64,000 nucleotides of DNA, taken from assembly GCF_963921235.1 (NCBI RefSeq), contig NC_086097.1:195054001-195118000 (forward strand). The letters are read 5' to 3'. This DNA comes from Mobula hypostoma (taxonomy: Eukaryota). The notes under the pieces were generated by a model. The model was not told the DNA's origin, made no database searches, and was given only the letters and a program-made list of their open reading frames with translations. Shown here one piece after another: positions 1-10,337 of the stretch. The position numbers were made by a program, and so were the translations under genes. The stretch's first letter is position 1. Every line of letters begins with the position of its first letter.

Positions 1-691
1 GGGAGAAATTGCGAAGGATGAACCATAGAACTCAAAGGTTGGTGGGGTGGAAGGTACAATACTGGAACAGAATTCATTCCATCCCACATTGTCTTGATAG
101 TGTTAATTGACAGCGGGCCAAGCAGGTAATGAGCTGCTAGTATCGTAACAGCTATCAGGATGTCCTTATTCAACAGCAGTAGGCGGTAGTTGAGTCAACA
201 TAGGAAATACAGGGTGATAACTGAACCTCAAAGTCTACTAAAGAAATTTGTACACACAGTTCCAACATATATACAGCGATGGTCAAATTGCACATAAGAT
301 TGGTTGAATTATGTTTTTGGCATACAGGCAGGATGATTTTGCTGCAATGGTATAGAGATATATGACAACATTGTTGTCAAGACATGGTGGTCTATTGCAC
401 ACCATTTTGCCACCATGATGGGATTACACTTCATATCATTAAAGCAATGAAGAGTGACAAGGAACACAAGGCAGAAAACAAAGAAGAATGGTATTTAATC
501 AGGCAGGAGACGTGGCCTGAAAATGAACAATTTGTCTAAAGAAATTGCTTCCTCAGTTACCCAACAACCGACATCACACATTAATTTTCCACTGACACTG
601 ATCATTAGAGTCTTTTAAAAAATAAATGTTTCCATAAAATAAACTATTGAGACTAAATTTAGATATGAAATCATGCCATACAAATGTGAAA

Positions 692-1160
692 TAACATACA
701 CAAAATGCTGTAGGAACTCAGCAGATCATGCAGTATCCATGGAAATGAACAAACAGTCAATGTTTCCAGCTGAGACCCTTCTTCAAGACGGGAAAAGAAG
801 GGGGAAGACACCAAAATAAAAATGTGAGTGGAGGAGAAGAAGGACAGCTAGAAAGTGACAGGTGAGGCCAGGTAGGAAGGAAAGGTAAAGTGCAGGAGAA
901 TAAAGAATCTGATAGAGAGCAGAGTGGACCATAGGAGAAAAGGAAGGAGGAGGGGTACGAGGGGAAGGTGATAGGCAGGAGAGAAGAGATAAGAGGCCAG
1001 AGTGGGAAATAGAAGAAGAGGGGAGGGTCAGGGATTTTTTTTCACTGGAAGGAGAAATTGATATTCAAGCCATCAGATTGGAGGCTACCCAGACGGAATA
1101 TAAAATGTTCCTTCTCCACATTGAGAGTAGCCTCATCATATCGCAAGAGGCCATCGACTG
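692..1160 (-). mobile_element. Penelope-like element 3' fragment (end of GIY-YIG ORF plus pseudo-LTR), decayed
   Basis: 1060-1140 is the diverged reverse complement of the Penelope ORF end at ~63547-63625. 692-1020 resembles the inverted pLTR at 61885-62174, including a decayed hammerhead core near 755-790. Confidence 0.75.
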
Positions 1161-1337
1161 AGTTTCTTGTGTTTATACAAATGTGAACTTATCTTTTTTT
1201 GTTATTCCTTCAGTGCAAATCGCAATGTGTCTTTGCCTGTTCAAGTATTTTTTCGACACTGCTTATCCAGTGAATGTAGGCTGAGGAAGACCGCTGACTT
1301 TCAGTGGACGGGACCACAGTAGGGTTTAGAATACTCA

Positions 1338-2037
1338 TGTAAGCGGGTTTCGATTTTTATGTTACTGCGGAGGCTAATTAAAATGGCGTCTTTGTTATGT
1401 TAATCTGGGGAATGCGGCTTTGTTGTCTTAAATGCTGAGAAAGATTGCGCTAGCAGCTTGTTGTGGTTTAGAGGGTGATAAGAAATACGTTATTAACCAA
1501 TTGGGATAGTTGTTATAGTTTTGGTGTATTTGAAGATACTGTTTGCGAGGGGGTTTTGGGGGAGAAGGCGGGAGAGCGAGACAGAGGATGGACGAGGTGC
1601 TGTGAGTCCGCTAACGGGGTCGGACCCCAAGCGGGACGTTCGGCAAGGAGACAGAGATGGATTCGTGTGGAGCGTCTGGTCGACCACCGTTGTTGGTCCC
1701 AGGCGGCCGGTCGAGGTGGTCCGAGGGGGGGTCGCAGGGTGAAGAAGAAGGTCCTTGAGCTCCGACGGTTTTTTTGTGCATGAAGAGATTGAACTTTGAT
1801 AAGTGTGGCGCCTTTTATTTTCCTTTTATATTTTATTCTCTTTTAATTATATAGTTCCAGTAATATCTATAAACTGTATATCATTTAATTGCATCTTGTG
1901 TATTGTCTGTTATTTGGGCGGGGTGGGGTACATCACACAGCATCCACACAAACTAATTACCTAGTTTGGCGGGGCCGAGGCTGTTTCCCTAGACGTCAGC
2001 GAGCCGAGCGACCCTGAGGGTGGCCGGGGGGGCTACA
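1338..2037 (+). repeat. 5' LTR of Gypsy element 1
   Basis: TGTAAG...GCTACA; near-identical to 4750-5448 (roughly 20-25 differences counted by eye). Confidence 0.95.
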
Positions 2038-2040
2038 TTG

Positions 2041-2058
2041 TGGGGGCTCGTCCAGGAT
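2041..2058 (+). promoter_or_regulatory. Primer binding site complementary to tRNA-Pro
   Basis: TGGGGGCTCGTCCAGGAT, one mismatch to the classic tRNA-Pro PBS TGGGGGCTCGTCCGGGAT, 3 nt after the LTR. Confidence 0.9.
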
Positions 2059-2105
2059 GCTTGAGTCTATTGGTATGCTGTGTGGGTGCCCTGTTTAAAT
2101 CTGTA

Positions 2106-2543
2106 ATGTGTGTCTCTGTGGGTTATTTGCTGGTTATTGCTGTATGCGTGGTGGGTGAGGTCTTTGTTCGAGTTCAGACTAGCATTGACGAGTTGGAGGT
2201 GGCACTAGGGGCTGTCCATGCGGTTGGGAGAGAGAGGAAAGAGTGGTCTGATTTGGAGGTAGAGTCTGCGAATAAATGTTCTACCTCTGGCACGCTCCGC
2301 CTGGCACTTGGGATAGTGTCCACCCCAAGAGGGGCGGAGGCGTGTGAGATGTGGGCGGAGCGGATCTTTCAGTTGTTAGATGAGTGGCAGTGCTCAGTTG
2401 AGGGAGAGCGACAGGGATTGGTTGAAAGTTTGAGTAGGCGGGCTGGTAACAGTGTTAGAGCTGTCAGGTTCACTTACACCATAGTGACAGCTGTCAGTTA
2501 TTTGAAAGGGGGGGAAAGTTTTCAGTGTGTCTTCTCTGGCTAG
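2106..2543 (+). pseudogene. Truncated gag, PNMA (paraneoplastic Ma antigen)-like capsid
   Basis: LRLALGIVSTPRGAEACEMWAERIFQLLDEWQCSVEGERQGLVESLSRRA resembles the PNMA/Gypsy capsid motif LRxFSG...GEE.F..W......W...EKRRRLLESLRGPA. Confidence 0.75.
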
Positions 2544-2763
2544 GAGGGCGGCTAAATTGCTTGTAGTGCCAGGGGGATCATTTCAGGGGATCAGCCCCTC
2601 CCTCAGTTGTTCAGCTGATCAGAGAGGGATCGAGAAACTTAGTGGAGGCCCAGTGGGGGAAAGGTTTGGGGTCTCTGGGGAAGCACGTTCCCAGCAATGT
2701 ACCACTGAACTTCCGCAAGGAAAAGACCCTATTCCTGAAGGCTTAGAGGGACCACGCCCCTAG

Positions 2764-4479
2764 GTGTTGTTATGGATAGAGGGAAGCGATGCTAAAGCCA
2801 TCCTTGACCCTGGGGCACAGATCAAGTTGTTGTACAGTTCGTTTTACAACCGGTGTCTGAAGAATTTATCCTTGACAACCGCAAGGGCACCGGAAACTTT
2901 GGGTACTAGTGGCAGTAGTTATCCAGAAGACGATGATTGGTTAATGACCCTGGAGTTCATGGAGGCATTTTCTGGGCACCCAGCGTGTCGAGTTGCTTCT
3001 GAGGACGTGTGTAGCGGCCTTGAGCCAGTACCGAATTTAAACGAGACCCAGCGGTGGTACGGCCTGAGGAAAGTAGCTGAGGGTGAGACCCTCTTAGTAG
3101 ATGCTCCGAACCACCACGAGGGAGGGGAGTTGACTGCTGAAGACTCCTCAGTGAGAGAGAGGTCGCGGCAACTGGACCCTGGCGGCGTGGGAGATGAAGG
3201 TAGCGTGTGTGTGGATTATGCGATGTGGTTTAATGTACTGCATCTGAGGGGTGGATGTTGCCAGATCCTGAGGAGTGCGGCTGTTGAGCTGAAGATGGCC
3301 TTTACTAGTTCCCTAGGATTCTTCCGATCCGAAAAGATGCCCAAGGGCATATCCGGAGCCCCTGCATCCTTCCCGCGGGGCATGAGGAAGACCATGGGGG
3401 AAGTGAAGGTGTGTGGAGTTTTGGCGTATGTGGATGACCGCCTAGAGCTTGGATTTGCCTGGGGGGACTATGAGGCGAGGCGAGTGGCTGAGCCCGGGCG
3501 ACTGAAGCGAAGTGTCAAATGTGGAGGAGTTTTTGGCCGGAGGAGTTTGGTGCAATGTGAGGAAAATGACCCGACATACCAGTTGAACTTCCTGGTGTTG
3601 AGACAGTCGGTGGTGGACCGGGGGATGGAAACCCAGGTCGTCAATCTGAATGAGACACAGGGAAGAGAGGGGATTTGCACCGCACTGCGGTCATATACTG
3701 ATGAATTAATCCAGCGAGAAGAAACAATGACCCGCCTTCGAAGGGATCAGCAGAAACTCAAGACGTCGATTCAGAACAGATTGGAAGACTTGCAAGTTGG
3801 GGAAGATCATGGAAGTGTTCTGTCTAAGGTCAACAGAAAACCGAGAGCCCAGGGAGGGGAGTTTGACTACACTCCCGAGGAGGTAAAGAAATGGAGGACA
3901 GATCTCGGAAAAGGGAGGCGGACGCTTGAAAGGAACCTGAAGATGACTATCACGAGTTTAAATGAAGTGGGAAAACTGAACGTTGACCTGGAGGACGTCC
4001 TCAGGAAGAAACAACCGGAGGCTGAACATCCTTTAACTGCTGCTTTTCAGGTCAGGGTGGGAGAAGCTGGTGGGGTAACTGCGTCCCAGATTGAGATGGC
4101 CAGGAACCCTGAGTCAGAACTGCTGAGGCTGTGGCGAGAGTTGAAGGAGTCCCTGAAGAAGCTGACGTCTCGACTGCAGGAGGCTGAAGGGGTAGCCCTG
4201 GCTAAATGTTTCAGTGTGGAGAAACTTAACCAGCAGCTATCTATCGAGGGAATGAGGAAGGATACGGATTCGAAGGATGATGTGCTGCACATGTGGAACA
4301 TACTGCCTTTTGCTAACTTCCCCGTGATTGAGGAAGAGACCTTTGGCCCTTCTCCCACTGAGTCAGGTGTAGTGGGGAGGGCTAGCTGTGGGCATTCTGA
4401 GTTGCAGCAGGATTGGGAAGGAGCAGAGGCAGGGCCCTGGACACGGGACTGGGGGCTCCGAGCTGTAGTGGTGGTCTGA
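2764..4479 (+). CDS. Chimeric pol-derived ORF: degenerate protease + partial RT + myosin heavy-chain rod fragments + pol C-terminal remnant
   Basis: 571 open codons: AILDPGAQ (protease DTG degenerate), KMAFTSSLGFF..KMPKGISGAPASF...LAYVDD (RT), a heptad coiled coil matching the myosin tail, then LHMWNILP (Gypsy pol tail LHRNxLLP-like). Preceded by an in-frame TAG at 2761-2763; first ATG at 2944, so translation is unproven. Confidence 0.6.
   Translation: MLLWIEGSDAKAILDPGAQIKLLYSSFYNRCLKNLSLTTARAPETLGTSGSSYPEDDDWLMTLEFMEAFSGHPACRVASEDVCSGLEPVPNLNETQRWYGLRKVAEGETLLVDAPNHHEGGELTAEDSSVRERSRQLDPGGVGDEGSVCVDYAMWFNVLHLRGGCCQILRSAAVELKMAFTSSLGFFRSEKMPKGISGAPASFPRGMRKTMGEVKVCGVLAYVDDRLELGFAWGDYEARRVAEPGRLKRSVKCGGVFGRRSLVQCEENDPTYQLNFLVLRQSVVDRGMETQVVNLNETQGREGICTALRSYTDELIQREETMTRLRRDQQKLKTSIQNRLEDLQVGEDHGSVLSKVNRKPRAQGGEFDYTPEEVKKWRTDLGKGRRTLERNLKMTITSLNEVGKLNVDLEDVLRKKQPEAEHPLTAAFQVRVGEAGGVTASQIEMARNPESELLRLWRELKESLKKLTSRLQEAEGVALAKCFSVEKLNQQLSIEGMRKDTDSKDDVLHMWNILPFANFPVIEEETFGPSPTESGVVGRASCGHSELQQDWEGAEAGPWTRDWGLRAVVVV
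3685..4248 (+). other. Captured, intron-less myosin heavy chain rod (S2/LMM) segments, MYH16-like
   Basis: LEDLQVGED ~ LDDLQAEED; KKWRTDLGKGRRTLERNLKMTITSLNEV ~ KKIRAEVEKARRKAESDLKMTIDNLNEM; GEAGGVTASQIEMARNPESELLRLWREL ~ EEAGGATSAQIE..RKREAELLKLRREL; KKLTSRLQEAE..AKCFSVEK ~ KKLAQRLQEAE..AKCSSLEK. Myosin sequences recalled, not searched. Confidence 0.85.
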
Positions 4480-4749
4480 GTGAGAGAGGAGTTGGCAAGC
4501 AGGCCCGAGGTATCCCTTGTAGTGTCTGAGCCTTTTGGGTTTAGGTGAGGGGGTGTGGAGGTCTCAGAGGGTTAAGAAGCTCCCAGATAGGTTGGCCTAT
4601 GTAGTGCCCGTGGGACGGGAGTAAGGTCCTCTGTTTGGGGAGCACTGTCGCTGTGTGTATCTGTGTATGTGTGTGTTGTGTGTCTGTAGGACTGGGTGGC
4701 GAGTTATTTAGAAGTCATGAGGACATGACTTTATTTGGTGGGGGGAGAG

Positions 4750-5448
4750 TGTAAGGGGGTTTCGATTTTTATGTTATTGCGGAGGCTAATTAAAATGGCG
4801 TCTTTGTTATGTTAATCTGGGGAATGCGGCTTTGTTGTCTTAAACGCCAAGAAAGTTTGCGCTAGCAGCTTGTTGTGGTTTACAGGGTGATAAGAAATAC
4901 GTTATTAACCAATTGGGATAGTTGTTATGGTTTTGGTGTATTTGAAGATACTGTTTGCGAGGGGGTTTTGGGGGAGAAGCCGGGAGAGCGAGGCAGAGGA
5001 TGGACGAGGTGCTGTGAGTCCGCTAACGGGGTCGGACCCCAAGCGGGACGTTCGACAAGGAGACGGAGATGGATTCGTGTGGAGCGTCTGGTCAACCACC
5101 GTTGTTGGTCCCAGGCGGCCGGTCGAGGTGGTCCGAGGGGGGTCGCAGGGTGAAGAAGAAGGTCCTTGAGCTCTAACGGTTTTTTTTTGCATGAAGAGAT
5201 TGAACTTTGATAAGTGTGGCGCCTTTTATTTTCCTTTTATATTTTATTCTCTTTTAATTATATAGGTCCAGTAATATCTATAAACTGTATATCATTTAAT
5301 TGCATCTTGTGTATTGTCTGTTATTTGGGCGGGGTGGGGTACATCACACAGCATCCACACAAACTAATTACCCAGTTTGGCGGGGCCGAGGCTGTTTCCC
5401 TAGACAACAGCGAGCCGAGCGACCCTGAGGGTGGCCAGGGGGGCTACA
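4750..5448 (+). repeat. 3' LTR of Gypsy element 1
   Basis: Direct repeat of 1338-2037; preceded by the purine tract GGGGGGAGAG and followed by TSD CTCA. Confidence 0.95.
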
Positions 5449-5732
5449 CTCAGAAGTCAAGTAGCCCTGAGCTTGAAAACCAAACCACAAACTATTCCAT
5501 CTCAGTATGACTTGCAGTAATCTGGTTGATTGACATCAGAAGAGTTATCAAGACATGGAGTTAAAAAGCACAAAAACAGACCCTTCAACCCATCAAATCT
5601 GAGCCAAACATTAAACACTCATTTACACCAACCTACACTAATCCCATTTTTACTCTTCACTGATTCTCATCACTATTGGAAATTTAACGCATCATTTTAT
5701 TCTGTCCCAATTAAAATCTTTGTAGCAGTATT

Positions 5733-8033
5733 TGTCATGATTTGTAACTCCAGACATCCTCCATGACCTGGATCAACACGTTGACGTCAGGTGGAAGCTT
5801 GTTTGCATCAAGTCTCCATCAGGCGATGCCAACTCAGAGTCAGGCTGTGGACGAGATGCCAGACAAAGACTGATCCAACCCCGGCTCCCAAATATACAGA
5901 CCTGCATCTGCTTCTCCTGGGCCACGCCATATGAAACAACAAAAACTCCAGAAATTAATCAAAGAAAAACACAGGGAGACCGGGATAAACGTGTACTCCA
6001 GTTTTGTTTTTTACTTTTAGTGAGGCAAGCACTTATGACACAGTGAAATAATGAGGTATATCATTTATGTCCTTTTACATTAACCTATCATGAATTATGT
6101 AAACAACAAAGAATGTTTAATCAAACAGTATATTTACAAAATTGCTCAAATATTACTGAGATTTAATCGCTGTGGAGTGTTTCTTACTCTTGTGGGATAA
6201 CATCTTTCTTAGCAAGGTGAGACTTATGGCTGTAATACAAGTGACTTATGGTTGTTGGAGCTGACTCTGAAACTGCAGGAAGTGGTTCTGACAGTTCTGG
6301 ACACCTTTCTTCTCTAACAATTGACTCTTCTCTCCTCAACTGATCAATGTGACATCAGGTGCAATCTCCACTGCATAGGAGTGGTCCAGTTCTGTCCTTA
6401 ATCTTGTCAAGTACCTATTTTTGTTCAATCCTGTAATTCCACGCTAGGAGTACTTGTTTAGGAGCGAAACATGGAACCCCCCCTGTTTGAGGAGCTTTCA
6501 ATTTGTCTCAGCTGTTGGTCCTGCATACTCCTTCTGAGATTGGGTTTGAGAAGATCCAAGTGTGAACACAAGGGATGACCTAGGAACAGCATGGCTGGTA
6601 AGGTTTTGGTTATGGAGTATGCTGCATTGCGATATGCAAGGAGGAAATGGGTGAGCTTCTGATTCAGTGTCAGTGTAGTGTGTTTTGCTGACGTTGCTCG
6701 CGATGTGTTATTTAGACTCTGGACAAAATTTTTTGTCAAGCCACTTGTTGATGTGTGGTACAATACAGATGTAATAAGTCTTATTCCACTCATTTTCAGA
6801 GATGACTGAAACTTTTCCACAACAAATTGTGGTCCATTGTTACTGACTACGTGTTCTAGAGCACCAAGACTTGAGAACAGATTAGTATTCTTTTTGACAC
6901 TGCAACTTCATTTTCTTTATCTTTTTCTCTTCCTTGTGCAGTCCTTTTTTTTTGTCTGCCTTACATGCTCTTTGTGTGTGTCTTACTTTGTTGCAATTTT
7001 CGCCTTTCAATGTGCATTGGTCTGGTGCATGTGATCACCTGCTACAATGGTAACACAATTTATTCATCCAGGCAGGTTTTTGTTTAGTCATTGCAATTTT
7101 GTTCACGCTCACTTTCATTCCTGACTACAACGCAATTGCACCTCTGTCTGCTGTTTCCATTAATACAGTGATTTTTAAATGTGAGTAGTGCTTCAGTTAG
7201 GAGCCACTTTTGAATGTTTTCTTGTAAGATTCCACAAGGAATCAATTCAGCCACGTGCGATGAAATGAACTCCTCTTCCTTTTTATTCCGCTTATGAAAT
7301 CAAAAATGTTTTGCAAACAACAATGGTTTCACTTCTAAAAACTCAGGCACTACTTTTATAATATCTGCAAAATTCATTTCAGTTGTTTTGGTTGGAGCAA
7401 TTAAACTTCTAAGTAAACTGTATGCTCTTCCATCCAATGCGCCCGGCAAAAGTGACACACACATTTCATTGGCTATTTCATTTGCTTCAAAATACTGCTC
7501 AATTCACGCAGTATACAATATCCAGTTATCTCTTATGCATTGAACGTGTGTACCTTTCTGATGCAGCCAATTATTTCTGCTTTTTTTATGATTATTATCA
7601 CCTGGTACTCACTGTTTATGAACCTGTGAATTTCATCCATTTTTTTTGCCTTTTTTGAAACTTGATTGTCTCTGTCCTTTCCCAAGGAAGCATGTGCTGT
7701 GCTGCTTTTTAAAAACTCAAATTTCTTGCCGCCTTTCCACAGGTAGGTTTTCATCTCAGGTTCAATTAAAACCACCGCGTCATCACTGTTACGTTTTGTC
7801 ATTCCCAAAATGAATCAAAAGAATAACACAGGAAGACCGGGATAATCATGTACTCTAAAATAGTTCTTTCTTTAAGTGAGGTGCGCACTTCCGACATGAC
7901 ACATTAAAGATGTATGTCATTCACATACTTCTACATATAACCTGTAATGAGCTATGTAAACAACAAAGAAAGCTTAAGCAAAACTACATTTACGGTATTA
8001 CTCAAATATTACCAAAACATTAAATAGACAACA
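5733..8033 (-). mobile_element. Old, internally deleted Gypsy (K02A2.6/Mag-like) LTR element
   Basis: Diverged direct repeats 5733-~6170 and 7787-8033 (TGT...ACA), possible 5-bp TSD GTATT/GTTTT, integrase remnant at 6458-6820 (FLLAYRN..PAMLFLG..LDLLKP), gag-start remnant ~7400-7575. Confidence 0.75.
5755..5943 (+). mobile_element. 5'-truncated LINE 3' end (Vingi/Ingi-like) inserted in the LTR of the old Gypsy element
   Basis: Flanked by 9-bp direct repeat AACTCCAGA (5746-5754, 5944-5952); A-rich tail GAAACAACAAAA; WINTLTSGGSLFASSLHQ resembles the Vingi C-terminal W..LNRLRTG.GRF.SSMH motif. Confidence 0.55.
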
Positions 8034-9199
8034 GTTTTCACATTTGATCTCATCCTTAACATTTGGCCTTTGAGCTTGCCTTGCACTTGATCTAGGCTGC
8101 AGGCCTAGATACAGAGTGTGCATTTACAATGTCTCCCAATTATCCACACTGTCAGTGTCACTGTCCGTAGCTGTGTGTTTGTAATCAACCAACAGTATGA
8201 GTTTGTCACCTTTGTTATTCCGATTCTTCCACCCTCTAATGAGTTCACACTTCCTAGTTATCTGAAAAGAGGACAGCAGACAGGCCATTTCCTATTGCAG
8301 TGTGATGGCTGATTGTAGGTAGATAAATCTTTCTTCATATTTGTCCACTCAGACTACCAAAATGCTCACCCTGCTAGGCTTGCTCATAATCTGCATCTTT
8401 TGCTACTTAAAATTCATGCACAAAGGCGCATATGTCCCTTTCCTGTTACATTAGTGGTGATTCATGGCTTATTTATATTGCGCTTCCTCTAACCATGATT
8501 ATTAGCAGATCGTACATCTCATAATTTAATACATTGATCCTGTTCATCTTCAGGGAATGAACTACCACAGCATAATCTGATTAAGGAGCTTCATTTTTAT
8601 GGTGAGCACACAAATACATTTTCTCTATCAGTAGAGATTTCCACAAGTAACTTGGCAACTTAGTAAGTTCAAAAAGTTGCAGAGAACTACTTATTGAGAA
8701 TATTCTGACTTTCTTGTAAAGTAAAAATGTTGAAAATAATGTTAGAAAATATCCAGAAGATAAAACCACCTTCACAGCAATGAAGGTACAATACTGCCTA
8801 AGTGGAGCCAATTTGAATCTGTCTTAATTCACACATGCTTGCTCCTTGGAGTCCTCTATGCAATAAAGAGGAGATGAGGGTGAAATTCACTCTGGATTTG
8901 GTAAGGAAGGCATGTGTTGGAGATGAAAGAAGATTTTAGGAGTTGAAATTCAAGTTAAGAATCATGTCTACCAACAAAATAGTTATTTTTCCAAAGGAGC
9001 AGTTGGTGTCTGGTCCTGACATGGTGATTATATTATATGGTAATCAGAAGATTGGATATAGAAGGCCAGGGGATGGTAAGGTAAGATGAACAGTAGCAGA
9101 GAAAAGTAGAGCTTTACAAGCAGAACTAAAAGTAGTACTTGAAAGACTGCTTACTGATGACTCAACACTGGGAGTTGGTACATTGCTCAGGAGCCCCTA

Positions 9200-9720
9200 G
9201 AATTCTCTCTTCAAATGCACTAGGAGGATAAATGAGCCATCATTGTGTTTTCCTCCAAGCCCATATCCTCAGTATTGAGGAGATAATTGCATTCTGTTAG
9301 CTCTTTTGGGCAGACACTCTATTCTAATGTCTGACTTGGGAAGAAAGTAACTGGTAGACAGAAGAAAGGATTAAAGAATGTGCTCAAAACATTGATGAAA
9401 ATAAGGAACATCCCCATTGGCTTTGTACCCAATAGCCATTCAAAGTGGAGGTCTCTGCGATTCAGGACAGTATTGTGCACCTCGGATCCAGACACTGGGA
9501 GTACAGAGAAGTCTCGTGTAAGTGGCACAAGCAGCACACCACTGCACTAACTAAACTTCTGAACTACCTATGTGACATCTTCTGCCTGTACAGTTTGATG
9601 TTCACCTCAATGGCCACCTCAGAACCCGAAAAACAAAGCAAAATGGAAGTAGATCATCCTCATTCTCAAAGGTCTCCCATATGGGATCCACCAGCTATTG
9701 CTTGCTGCCCTTGTAAGGGA
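9200..9720 (+). mobile_element. Decayed RTE-clade LINE 3' fragment
   Basis: GRQKKGLKNVLKTLMKIRNIP resembles the RTE GGQKKRYKDTLK...NI motif; decayed QANIPSIE...LRWAGH-like segment upstream. Confidence 0.6.
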
Positions 9721-10337
9721 TCTTATTAAGCATGAGTTGCTTCTCTCCTCATGTCAACAGAGACAGGGTAAACCATCCACTGCAATTACTTGACTAGTGT
9801 CACCATGTTTGTTGTATACTGCTGAGGATCTAGACAGAGATTTTCTATATGTAGCTCATTTTGAAACATGAATATCAATTTGTCTGACATCAATCTATCC
9901 ACTTCATGTTCTACAAATTCTATACATGAAAAATATTTCATCCTACTGCCTTTAAAGCTTTATGTTATCTCCTCAATGTAACTGACCTTCACAGCTGAGC
10001 TTTCCACCAAATTTTTTTGACATCCCATCATTATAACTCATGTTATAAAGTTTCTCTTCTTAATTGTTTCCACTCAACACTGGTGCCATCCTAATTATTT
10101 TAACATACATCTGTCATATGCTTTCATCATTCTTCCAATAGTGGGATGAAGAATTAAAAACTAAAAAAAACTTCTGATTCATATTCATGGCATTTGTCCC
10201 ATGTTTAAATTTATTTTACTGTTTTCTTTTTATATGGTTTTCCAGCCTCCAAATTCTGGATGTAAAAAATTCAGAACTCCCAGACTTTTGTCAATGGAGA
10301 TTTGAGTAAGATACCTAGGGCACACCACTAGCATTTT

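Larger units (their letters stand above)
1338..5448 (+). mobile_element. Non-autonomous Ty3/Gypsy LTR retrotransposon with PNMA-type gag and deleted pol carrying captured myosin rod sequence
   Basis: Two ~700-bp direct repeats with TG...CA ends (1338-2037, 4750-5448), 4-bp TSD CTCA (1334-1337 / 5449-5452), PBS right after the 5' LTR, purine tract just before the 3' LTR, and gag, protease and RT remnants inside. Confidence 0.95.

Noticed and set aside
1475..1783. Short ORFs duplicated at 4875-5192
   Set aside because: They lie in the two LTRs and are GC-rich incidental frames.
3034..3660. Peptide NLNETQ occurring twice (3034-3051, 3643-3660)
   Set aside because: Only 6 aa with different codons and no flanking similarity; cannot be distinguished from chance.
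4030..4050. Splice-acceptor-like CTTTAACTGCTGCTTTTCAG suggesting a retained myosin intron
   Set aside because: It translates as part of EAEHPLTAAFQ, which aligns to the myosin coding motif EDEQxLxxxLQ; more likely coding sequence.
3685..4248. A genuine host myosin gene
   Set aside because: No motor domain or introns, internally deleted, and enclosed by LTRs and a TSD; it is cargo of the retroelement.
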